Assembly (NCBI GenBank): GCA_964057225.1
Contig: OZ059897.1
Span: 5,146,001 to 5,210,000, forward strand
Direction of reading: 5' to 3'
From: Auanema rhodensis
Lineage: Eukaryota > Animalia > Nematoda
Length of the DNA stretch: 64,000 bases
The notes under the pieces are model-generated. The model was not told where the DNA came from. It saw nothing but the letters and a program-made list of their open reading frames with translations, and made no database searches. The position numbers and the translations under genes were made by a program. This document shows, in pieces, positions 14,421-27,400 of this stretch. Position 1 is the stretch's first letter. The number at the start of each line of letters is the position of its first letter.

Positions 14421-16431
14421 ACGTGCTGTGCACTTGGTATGTAACTTGCTTCACGTGAAAGATAAAGAGATGCGGTTTTCAAAATTAGATTCCCCATGTC
14501 CATATTAGTCTAAAAAGAAATTTTTATTGATATTAGTGCATGGTAACCATGACTTTGAAATTTACGTGAACTTTAATTTATGCTAATTAAATGTACACGT
14601 GATGTGCACTTGGTATGTAACTCACTTCACGTGAAAGATAAAGAGATGCGGTTTTCAAAATTAGATTCCACATGTCCATATTAGTCTAAAAACAAATTGT
14701 TATTGATATTGGTTCATGGTAACCATGACTTTGAAATTTACGTGAACTTTAATTTATGCTAATTAAATGTACACGTGATGTGCACTTGGTATGTAACTCA
14801 CTTCACGTGAAAGATAAAGAGATGCGGTTTTTAAAATTAGATTCCCCATGTCCATATTAGTCTAAAAACAAATTTTATTGATATTGGTGCATGGTAACCA
14901 TGACTTTGAAATTTACGTGAACTTTAATTTATGCTAATTAAATGTGCACGTGATGTGCACTTGGTATGTAACTTGCTTCACGTGAAAGATAAAGAGATGC
15001 GGTTTTCAAAATTAGATTCCCCATGTCCATATTAGTCTAAAAACAAATTTTTATTGATATTGGTGCATGGTAACCATGACTTTGAAATTTACGTGAACTT
15101 TAATTTATGCTAATTAAATGTACACGTGATGTGCACTTGGTATGTAACTTGCTTCACGTGAAAGATAAAGAGATGCGGTTTTCAAAATTAGATTCCCCAT
15201 GTCCATATTAGTCTAAAAACAAATTTTTATTGATATTGGTGCATGGTAACCATGACTTTGAAATTTACGTGAACTTTAATTTATGCTAATTAAATGTGCA
15301 CGTGATGTGCACTTGGTATGTAACTTGCTTCACGTGAAAGATAAAGAGATGCGGTTTTCAAAATTAGATTCCCCATGTCCATATTAGTCTAAAAACAAAT
15401 TTTTATTGATATTGGTGCATGGTAACCATGACTTTGAAATTTACGTGAACTTTAATTTATGCTAATTAAATGTGCACGTGATGTGCACTTGGTATGTAAC
15501 TTGCTTCACGTGAAAGATAAAGAGATGCAGTTTTCAAAATTAGATTCCCCATGTCCATAATAGTCTAAAAACAAATTTTTATTGATATTGGTGCATGGTA
15601 ACCATGACTTTGAAATTTACGTGAACTTTAATTTATGCTAATTAAATGTGCACGTGATGTGCACTTGGTATGTAACTTGCTTCACGTGAAAGATAAAGAG
15701 ATGCGGTTTTCAAAATTAGATTCCCCATGTCCATATTAGTCTAAAAACAAATTTTTATTGATATTGGTGCATGGTAACCATGACTTTGAAATTTACGTGA
15801 ACTTTAATTTATGCTAATTAAATGTGCACGTGATGTGCACTTGGTATGTAACTTGCTTCACGTGAAAGATAAAGAGATGCAGTTTTCAAAATTAGATTCC
15901 CCATGTCCATATTAGTCTAAAAACAAATTTTTATTGATATTGGTGCATGGTAACCATGACTTTGAAATTTACGTGAACTTTAATTTATGCTAATTAAATG
16001 TGCACGTGATGTGCACTTGGTATGTAACTTGCTTCACGTGAAAGATAAAGAGATGCGGTTTTCAAAATTAGATTCCTCATGTCCATATTAGTCTAAAAAC
16101 AAATTTTTATTGATATTGGTGCATGGTAACCATGACTTTGAAATTTACGTGAACTTTAATTTATGCTAATTAAATGTGCACGTGATGTGCACTTGGTATG
16201 TAACTTGCTTCACGTGAAAGATAAAGAGATGCGGTTTTCAAAATTAGATTCCCCATGTCCATATTAGTCTAAAAACAAATTTTTATTGATATTAGTGCAT
16301 GGTAACCATGACTTTGAAATTTACGTGAACTTTAATTTATGCTAATTAAATGTGCACGTGATGTGCACTTGGTATGTAACTTGCTTCACGTGAAAGATAA
16401 AGAGATGCGGTTTTCAAAATTAGATTCCCCA
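14421..16431 (-). repeat. Inverted satellite block 1 (2,011 bp, ~11.4 monomers)
   Basis: The sequence switches to the reverse complement at GTCATGGTT|ACGTGCTGTGCAC (14420/14421) and ends at TAGATTCCCCA (16431). Confidence 0.98.
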
Positions 16432-16451
16432 AAAAAAAAATTAGATTCGAT
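16432..16451. other. 20-nt junction insertion AAAAAAAAATTAGATTCGAT
   Basis: Out-of-register bases between the inverted block and the restart of forward satellite (TTACATACC at 16452). 16437-16448 copies AAAATTAGATTC from 16416-16427. Confidence 0.92.
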
Positions 16452-19400
16452 TTACATACCAAGTGCACATCACGTGCACATTTAATTAGCATGAATTAAA
16501 GTTCACGTAAATTTCAAAGTCATGGTTACCATGCACCAATATCAATAAAAATTTGTTTTTAGACTAATATGGACATGAGGAATCTAATTTTGAAAACCGC
16601 ATCTCTTTATCTTTCACGTGAAGCAAGTTACATACCAAGTGCACATCACGTGCACATTTAATTAGCATAAATTAAAGTTCACGTAAATTTCAAAGTCATG
16701 GTTACCATGCACCAATATCAATAAAAATTTGTTTTTAGACTAATATGGACATGGGGAATCTAATTTTGAAAACTGCATCTCTTTATCTTTCACGTGAAGC
16801 AAGTTACATACCAAGTGCACATCACGTGCACATTTAATTAGCATAAATTAAAGTTCACGTAAATTTCAAAGTCATGGTTACCATGCACCAATATCAATAA
16901 AAATTTGTTTTTAGACTAATATGGACATGGGGAATCTAATTTTGAAAACCGCATCTCTTTATCTTTCACGTGAAGCAAGTTACATACCAAGTGCACATCA
17001 CGTGCACATTTAATTAGCATAAATTAAAGTTCACGTAAATTTCAAAGTCATGGTTACCATGCACCAATATCAATAAAAATTTGTTTTTAGACTATTATGG
17101 ACATGGGGAATCTAATTTTGAAAACTGCATCTCTTTATCTTTCACGTGAAGCAAGTTACATACCAAGTGCACATCACGTGCACATTTAATTAGCATAAAT
17201 TAAAGTTCACGTAAATTTCAAAGTCATGGTTACCATGCACCAATATCAATAAAAATTTGTTTTTAGACTAATATGGACATGGGGAATCTAATTTTGAAAA
17301 CCGCATCTCTTTATCTTTCACGTGAAGCAAGTTACATACCAAGTGCACATCACGTGCACATTTAATTAGCATAAATTAAAGTTCACGTAAATTTCAAAGT
17401 CATGGTTACCATGCACCAATATCAATAAAAATTTGTTTTTAGACTAATATGGACATGGGGAATCTAATTTTGAAAACCGCATCTCTTTATCTTTCACGTG
17501 AAGCAAGTTACATACCAAGTGCACATCACGTGTACATTTAATTAGCATAAATTAAAGTTCACGTAAATTTCAAAGTCATGGTTACCATGCACCAATATCA
17601 ATAAAAATTTGTTTTTAGACTAATATGGACATGGGGAATCTAATTTTGAAAACCGCATCTCTTTATCTTTCACGTGAAGCAAGTTACATACCAAGTGCAC
17701 ATCACGTGCACATTTAATTAGCATAAATTAAAGTTCACGTAAATTTCAAAGTCATGGTTACCATGCACCAATATCAATAAAATTTGTTTTTAGACTAATA
17801 TGGACATGGGGAATCTAATTTTAAAAACCGCATCTCTTTATCTTTCACGTGAAGTGAGTTACATACCAAGTGCACATCACGTGTACATTTAATTAGCATA
17901 AATTAAAGTTCACGTAAATTTCAAAGTCATGGTTACCATGCACCAATATCAATAAAAATTTGTTTTTAGACTAATATGGACATGGGGAATCTAATTTTAA
18001 AAACCGCATCTCTTTATCTTTCACGTGAAGTGAGTTACATACCAAGTGCACATCACGTGCACATTTAATTAGCATAAATTAAAGTTCACGTAAATTTCAA
18101 ATTTATGGTTACCATGCACCAATATCAATAAAATTTGTTTTTAGACTAATATGGACATGGGGAATCTAATTTTGAAAACCGCATCTCTTTATCTTTCACG
18201 TGAAGCGAGTTACATACCAAGTGCACATCACGTGTACATTTAATTAGCATAAATTAAAGTTCACGTAAATTTCAAAGTCATGGTTACCATGCACCAATAT
18301 CAATAAAAATTTGTTTTTAGACTAATATGGACATGGGGAATCTAATTTTGAAAACCGCATCTCTTTATCTTTCACGTGAAGCGAGTTACATACCAAGTGC
18401 ACATCACGTGTACATTTAATTAGCATAAATTAAAGTTCACGTAAATTTCAAAGTCATGGTTACCATGCACCAATATCAATAAAAATTTGTTTTTAGACTA
18501 ATATGGACATGTGAAATCTAATTTTAAAAACCGCATCTCTTTATCTTTCACGTGAAGCAAGTTACATACCAAGTGCACATCACGTGTACATTTAATTAGC
18601 ATAAATTAAAGTTCACGTAAATTTCAAAGTCATGGTTACCATGCACTAATATCAATAAAAATTTGTTTTTAGACTAATATGGACATGGGGAATCTAATTT
18701 TGAAAACCGCATCTCTTTATCTTTCACGTGAAGTGGGTTACATACCAAGTGCACATCACGTGTACATTTAATTAGCATAAATTAAAGTTCACGTAAATTT
18801 CAAAGTCATGGTTACCATGCACTAATATCAATAAAAATTTGTTTTTAGACTAATATGGACATGTGGAATCTAATTTTAAAAACCGCATCTCTTTATCTTT
18901 CACGTGAAGCAAGTTACATACCAAGTGCACATCACGTGTACATTTAATTAGCATAAATTAAAGTTCACGTAAATTTCAAAGTCATGGTTACCATGCACCA
19001 ATATCAATAAAAATTTGTTTTTAGACTAATATGGACATGGGGAATCTAATTTTGAAAATCGCATCTCTTTATCTTTCACGTGAAGCGAGTTACATACCAA
19101 GTGCACATCACGTGTACATTTAATTAGCATAAATTAAAGTTCACGTAAATTTCAAAGTCATGGTTACCATGCACCAATGTCAATAAAAATTTGTTTTTAG
19201 ACTAATATGGACATGGGGAATCTAATTTTAAAAACCGCATCTCTTTATCTTTCACGTGAAGTGAGTTACATACCAAGTGCACATCACGTGTACATTTAAT
19301 TAGCATAAATTAAAGTTCACGTAAATTTCAAAGTCATGGTTACCATGCACCAATATCAATAAAAATTTGTTTTTAGACTAATATGGACATGGGGAATCTA

Positions 19401-21461
19401 ATTTTGAAAACCGCATCTCTTTATCTTTCACGTGAAGCAAGTTACATACCAAGTGCACATCACGTGCACATTTAATTAGCATAAATTAAAGTTCACGTAA
19501 ATTTCAAAGTCATGGTTACCATGCACCAATATCAATAAAAATTTGTTTTTAGACTAATATGGACATGGGGAATCTAATTTTAAAAACCGCATCTCTTTAT
19601 CTTTCACGTGAAGTGAGTTACATACCAAGTGCACATCACGTGTACATTTAATTAGCATAAATTAAAGTTCACGTAAATTTCAAAGTCATGGTTACCATGC
19701 TCCAATATCAATAAAAATTTGTTTTTAGACTAATATGGACATGGGGAATCTAATTTTGAAAACCGCATCTCTTTATCTTTCACGTGAAGCAAGTTACATA
19801 CCAAGTGCACATCACGTGCACATTTAATTAGCATAAATTAAAGTTCACGTAAATTTCAAAGTCATGGTTACCATGCACCAATATCAATAAAAATTTGTTT
19901 TTAGACTAATATGGACATGGGGAATCTAATTTTAAAAACCGCATCTCTTTATCTTTCACGTGAAGCAAGTTACATACCAAGTGCACATCACGTGTACATT
20001 TAATTAGCATAAATTAAAGTTCACTTAAATTTCAAAGTCATGGTTACCATGCACCAATATCAATAAAAATTTGTTTTTAGACTAATATGGACATGTGGAA
20101 TCTAATTTTGAAAACCGCATCTCTTTATCTTTCACGTGAAGTGAGTTACATACCAAGTGCACATCACGTGTACATTTAATTAGCATAAATTAAAGTTCAC
20201 GTAAATTTCAAAGTCATGGTTACCATGCACCAATATCAATAAAAATTTGTTTTTAGATTAATATGGACATGGGGAATCTAATTTTGAAAACCGCATCTCT
20301 TTATCTTTCACGTGAAGCAAGTTACATACCAAGTGCACAGCACGTGTACATTTAATTAGCATAAATTAAAGTTCACGTAAATTTCAAAGTCATGGTTACC
20401 ATGCACCAATATCAATAAAAATTTGTTTTTAGACTAATATGGACATGGGGAATCTAATTTTGAAAACCGCATCTCTTTATCTTTCACGTGAAGCGAGTTA
20501 CATACCAAGTGCACATCACGTGTACATTTAATTAGCATAAATTAAAGTTCACGTAAATTTCAAAGTCATGGTTACCATGCACCAATATCAATAAAAATTT
20601 GTTTTTAGACTAATATGGACATGTGAAATCTAATTTTAAAAACCGCATCTCTTTATCTTTCACGTGAAGCAAGTTACATACCAAGTGCACATCACGTGTA
20701 CATTTAATTAGCATAAATTAAAGTTCACGTAAATTTCAAAGTCATGGTTACCATGCACTAATATCAATAAAAATTTGTTTTTAGACTAATATGGACATGG
20801 GGAATCTAATCTTGAAAACCGCATCTCTTTATCTTTCACGTGAAGTGGGTTACATACCAAGTGCACATCACGTGTACATTTAATTAGCATAAATTAAAGT
20901 TCACGTAAATTTCAAAGTCATGGTTACCATGCACTAATATCAATAAAAATTTGTTTTTAGACTAATATGGACATGTGGAATCTAATTTTGAAAACCGCAT
21001 CTCTTTATCTTTCACGTGAAGCAAGTTACATACCAAGTGCACAGCACGTGTACATTTAATTAGCATAAATTAAAGTTCACGTAAATTTCAAAGTCATGGT
21101 TACCATGCACCAATATCAATAAAAATTTGTTTTTAGACTAATATGGACATGGGGAATCTTATTTTGAAAACCGCATCTCTTTATCTTTCACGTGAAGCGA
21201 GTTACATACCAAGTGCACATCACGTGTACATTTAATTAGCATAAATTAAAGTTCACGTAAATTTCAAAGTCATGGTTACCATGCACCAATATCAATAAAA
21301 ATTTGTTTTTAGACTAATATGGACATGTGAAATCTAATTTTAAAAACCGCATCTCTTTATCTTTCACGTGAAGCAAGTTACATACCAAGTGCACATCACG
21401 TGTACATTTAATTAGCATAAATTAAAGTTCACGTAAATTTCAAAGTCATGGTTACCATGCT
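16452..21461 (+). repeat. Forward satellite, variant domain B (short copy)
   Basis: Markers TTTTAAAAACC, CATGTGAAATC, GAAGTGGG (18736, 20848), TTCACTTA, AGATTAAT, CATGCTCC and 175-bp monomers (AATAAAATTTG). Domain-A markers are absent. Confidence 0.88.
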
Positions 21462-21487
21462 CCAATATCAATAAAAATTTGTTTTTA

Positions 21488-24400
21488 AACTAATATGGAC
21501 ATGTGGAATCTAATTTTGAAAACCGCATCTCTTTATCTTTCACGTGAAGTGAGTTACATACCAAGTGCACATCACGTGTACATTTAATTAGCATAAATTA
21601 AAGTTCACGTAAATTTCAAAGTCATGGTTACCATGCACCAATATCAATAAAAATTTGTTTTTAAACTAATATGGACATGTGGAATCTAATTTTGAAAACC
21701 GCATCTCTTTATCTTTCACGTGAAGTGAGTTACATACCAAGTGCACATCACGTGTACATTTAATTAGCATAAATTAAAGTTCACGTAAATTTCAAAGTCA
21801 TGGTTACCATGAACCAATATCAATAACAATTTGTTTTTAGACTAATATGGACATGTGGAATCTAATTTTGAAAACCGCATCTCTTTATCTTTCACGTGAA
21901 GTGAGTTACATACCAAGTGCACATCACGTGTACATTTAATTAGCATAAATTAAAGTTCACGTAAATTTCAAAGTCATGGTTACCATGAACCAATATCAAT
22001 AACAATTTGTTTTTAGACTAATATGGACATGTGGAATCTAATTTTGGGAACCGCATCTCTTTATCTTTCACGTGAAGCAAGTTAGATACCAAGTACACAT
22101 CACGTGCACATTTAATTAGCATAAATTAAAGTTCACGTAAATTTCAAAGTCATGGTTACCATGCACCAATATCAATAAAAATTTGTTTTTAAACTAATAT
22201 GAACATGTGGAATCTAATTTTGAAAACCGCATCTCTTTATCTTTCACGTGAAGTGAGTTACATACCAAGTGCACATCACGTGTACATTTAATTAGCATAA
22301 ATTAAAGTTCACGTAAATTTCAAAGTCATGGTTACCATGCACTAATATCAATAAAAATTTGTTTTTAGACTAATATGAACATGGGGAATCTAATTTTGAA
22401 AATCGCATCTCTTTATCTTTCACGTGAAGCGAGTTACATACCCAGTGCACATCACGTGCACATTTAATTAGCATAAATTAAAGTTCACGTAAATTTCAGA
22501 GTCATGGTTACCATGCACCAATATCAATAAAAATTTGTTTTTAGACTAATATGGACATGTGGAATCTAATTTTGAAAACCGCATCTCTTTATCTTTCACG
22601 TGAAGCAAGTTACATACCAAGTGCACATCACGTGTACATTTAATTAGCATAAATTAAAGTTCACGTAAATTTCAAAGTCATGGTTACCATGCACCAATAT
22701 CAATAAAAATTTGTTTTTAGACTAATATGGACATGGGGAATCTAATTTTGAAAACCGCATCTCTTTATCTTTCACGTGAAGCAAGTTACATACCAAGTGC
22801 ACAGCACGTGTACATTTAATTAGCATAAATTAAAGTTCACGTAAATTTCAAAGTCATGGTTACCATGCACCAATATCAATAAAAATTTGTTTTTAGACTA
22901 ATATGGACATGGGGAATCTAATTTTGGGAACCGCATCTCTTTATCTTTCACGTGAAGCAAGTTAGATACCAAGTACACATCACGTGCACATTTAATTAGC
23001 ATAAATTAAAGTTCACGTAAATTTCAAAGTCATGGTTACCATGCACCAATATCAATAAAAATTTGTTTTTAAACTAATATGGACATGTGGAATCTAATTT
23101 TGAAAACCGCATCTCTTTATCTTTCACGTGAAGTGAGTTACATACCAAGTGCACATCACGTGTACATTTAATTAGCATAAATTAAAGTTCACGTAAATTT
23201 CAAAGTCATGGTTACCATGAACCAATATCAATAACAATTTGTTTTTAGACTAATATGGACATGTGGAATCTAATTTTGAAAACCGCATCTCTTTATCTTT
23301 CACGTGAAGTGAGTTACATACCAAGTGCACATCACGTGTACATTTAATTAGCATAAATTAAAGTTCACGTAAATTTCAAAGTCATGGTTACCATGCACTA
23401 ATATCAATAAAAATTTGTTTTTAGACTAATATGGACATGGGGAATCTAATTTTGAAAACCGCATCTCTATATCTTTCACGTGAAGCGAGTTACATACCAA
23501 GTGCACATCACGTGTACATTTAATTAGCATAAATTAAAGTTCACGTAAATTTCAAAGTCATGGTTACCATGCACTAATATCAATAAAAATTTGTTTTTAG
23601 ACTAATATGGACATGTGGAATCTAATTTTGAAAACCGCATCTCTTTATCTTTCACGTGAAGTGAGTTACATACCAAGTGCACATCACGTGTACATTCAAT
23701 TAGCATAAATTAAAGTTCACGTAAATTTCAAAATCATGGTTACCATACACCAATATCAATAAAAATTTGTTTTTAGACTAATATGGACATGTGGAATCTA
23801 ATTTTGAAAACCGCATCTCTTTATCTTTCACGTGAAGCGAGTTACATACCAAATGCACATCACGTGCACATTTAATTAGCATAAATTAAAGTTCACGTAA
23901 ATTTCAAAGTCATGGTTACCATGCACCAATATCAATAAAAATTTGTTTTTAGACTAATATGGACATGTGGAATCTAATTTTGAAAACCGCATCTCTTTAT
24001 CTTTCACGTGAAGCAAGTTACATACCAAGTGCACAGCACGTGTACATTTAATTAGCATAAATTAAAGTTCACGTAAATTTCAAAGTCATGGTTACCATGC
24101 ACCAATATCAATAAAAATTTGTTTTTAGACTAATATGGACATGGGGAATCTAATTGTGAAAACCGCATCTCTTTATCTTTCACGTGAAGCGAGTTACATA
24201 CCAAGTGCACATCACGTGTACATTTAATTAGCATTAATTAAAGTTCACGTAAATTTCAAAGTCATGGTTACCATGAACCAATATCAATAACAATTTGTTT
24301 TTAGACTAATATGGACATGTGGAATCTAATTTTGAAAACCGCATCTCTTTATCTTTCACGTGAAGTGAGTTACATACCAAGTGCACATCACGTGTACATT

Positions 24401-27400
24401 TAATTAGCATAAATTAAAGTTCACGTAAATTTCAAAGTCATGGTTACCATGAACCAATATCAATAACAATTTGTTTTTAGACTAATATGGACATGTGGAA
24501 TCTAATTTTGAAAACCGCATCTCTTTATCTTTCACGTGAAGTGAGTTACATACCAAGTGCACATCACGTGTACATTTAATTAGCATAAATTAAAGTTCAC
24601 GTAAATTTCAAAGTCATGGTTACCATGCACTAATATCAATAAAAATTTGTTTTTAGACTAATATGGACATGGGGAATCTAATTTTGAAAACCGCATCTCT
24701 TTATCTTTCACGTGAAGCAAGTTACATACCAAGTGCACAGCACGTGTACATTTAATTAGCATAAATTAAAGTTCACGTAAATTTCAAAGTCATGGTTACC
24801 ATGCACCAATATCAATAAAAATTTGTTTTTAGACTAATATGGACATGGGGAATCTAATTTTGGGAACCGCATCTCTTTATCTTTCACGTGAAGCAAGTTA
24901 GATACCAAGTACACATCACGTGCACATTTAATTAGCATAAATTAAAGTTCACGTAAATTTCAAAGTCATGGTTTCCATGCACCAATATCAATAAAAATTT
25001 GTTTTTAGACTAATATGGACATGTGGAATCTAATTTTGAAAACCGCATCTCTTTATCTTTCACGTGAAGTGAGTTACATACCAAGTGCACATCACGTGTA
25101 CATTTAATTAGCATAAATTAAAGTTCACGTAAATTTCAAAGTCATGGTTACCATGAACCAATATCAATAACAATTTGTTTTTAGACTAATATGGACATGT
25201 GGAATCTAATTTTGAAAACCGCATCTCTTTATCTTTCACGTGAAGTGAGTTACATACCAAGTGCACATCACGTGTACATTTAATTAGCATAAATTAAAGT
25301 TCACGTAAATTTCAAAGTCATGGTTACCATGCACCAATATCAATAAAAATTTGTTTTTAGACTAATATGGACATGTGGAATCTAATTTTGAAAACCGCAT
25401 CTCTTTATCTTTCACGTGAAGTGAGTTACATACCAAGTGCACATCACGTGTACATTCAATTAGCATAAATTAAAGTTCACGTAAATTTCAAAATCATGGT
25501 TACCATGCACCAATATCAATAAAAATTTGTTTTTAGACTAATATGGACATGTGGAATCTAATTTTGAAAACCGCATCTCTTTATCTTTCACGTGAAGCGA
25601 GTTACATACCAAGTGCACATCACGTGTACATTTAATTAGCATTAATTAAAGTTCACGTAAATTTCAAAGTCATGGTTACCATGAACCAATATCAATAACA
25701 ATTTGTTTTTAGACTAATATGGACATGTGGAATCTAATTTTGAAAACCGCATCTCTTTATCTTTCACGTGAAGCAAGTTACATACCAAGTGCACAGCACG
25801 TGTACATTTAATTAGCATAAATTAAAGTTCACGTAAATTTCAAAGTCATGGTTACCATGCACCAATATCAATAAAAATTTGTTTTTAGACTAATATGGAC
25901 ATGGGGAATCTAATTGTGAAAACCGCATCTCTTTATCTTTCACGTGAAGCGAGTTACATACCAAGTGCACATCACGTGTACATTTAATTAGCATTAATTA
26001 AAGTTCACGTAAATTTCAAAGTCATGGTTACCATGAACCAATATCAATAACAATTTGTTTTTAGACTAATATGGACATGTGGAATCTAATTTTGAAAACC
26101 GCATCTCTTTATCTTTCACGTGAAGTGAGTTACATACCAAGTGCACATCACGTGTACATTTAATTAGCATAAATTAAAGTTCACGTAAATTTCAAAGTCA
26201 TGGTTACCATGAACCAATATCAATAACAATTTGTTTTTAGACTAATATGGACATGTGGAATCTAATTTTGAAAACCGCATCTCTTTATCTTTCACGTGAA
26301 GTGAGTTACATACCAAGTGCACATCACGTGTACATTTAATTAGCATAAATTAAAGTTCACGTAAATTTCAAAGTCATGGTTACCATGAACCAATATCAAT
26401 AACAATTTGTTTTTAGACTAATATGGACATGTGGAATCTAATTTTGAAAACCGCATCTCTTTATCTTTCACGTGAAGTGAGTTACATACCAAGTGCACAT
26501 CACGTGTACATTTAATTAGCATAAATTAAAGTTCACGTAAATTTCAAAGTCATGGTTACCATGCACCAATATCAATAAAAATTTGTTTTTAGACTAATAT
26601 GGACATGTGGAATCTAATTTTGAAAACCGCATCTCTTTATCTTTCACGTGAAGTGAGTTACATACCAAGTGCACATCACGTGTACATTCAATTAGCATAA
26701 ATTAAAGTTCACGTAAATTTCAAAATCATGGTTACCATGCACCAATATCAATAAAAATTTGTTTTTAGACTAATATGGACATGTGGAATCTAATTTTGAA
26801 AACCGCATCTCTTTATCTTTCACGTGAAGCGAGTTACATACCAAGTGCACATCACGTGTACATTTAATTAGCATTAATTAAAGTTCACGTAAATTTCAAA
26901 GTCATGGTTACCATGAACCAATATCAATAACAATTTGTTTTTAGACTAATATGGACATGTGGAATCTAATTTTGAAAACCGCATCTCTTTATCTTTCACG
27001 TGAAGCAAGTTACATACCAAGTGCACAGCACGTGTACATTTAATTAGCATAAATTAAAGTTCACGTAAATTTCAAAGTCATGGTTACCATGCACCAATAT
27101 CAATAAAAATTTGTTTTTAGACTAATATGGACATGGGGAATCTAATTGTGAAAACCGCATCTCTTTATCTTTCACGTGAAGCGAGTTACATACCAAGTGC
27201 ACATCACGTGTACATTTAATTAGCATTAATTAAAGTTCACGTAAATTTCAAAGTCATGGTTACCATGAACCAATATCAATAACAATTTGTTTTTAGACTA
27301 ATATGGACATGTGGAATCTAATTTTGAAAACCGCATCTCTTTATCTTTCACGTGAAGTGAGTTACATACCAAGTGCACATCACGTGTACATTTAATTAGC

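Noticed and set aside
16431-16440. A10 as the poly(A) tail of a retrotransposed antisense satellite transcript
   Set aside because: There is no target-site duplication, the forward flanks are out of register (phase 164 to 89) and belong to different variant domains, and the insert mirrors both adjacent flanks. The A-run is explained as an expansion of the templated AAAATTAGATTC.
14421-16451. Sequencing fold-back chimera or adapter remnant
   Set aside because: Considered unlikely: there are two opposite fold-backs with ~228-bp offsets, a templated insert I do not recognise as adapter, an arm mismatch, and two copies with differently evolved flanks. It cannot be fully excluded without reads.
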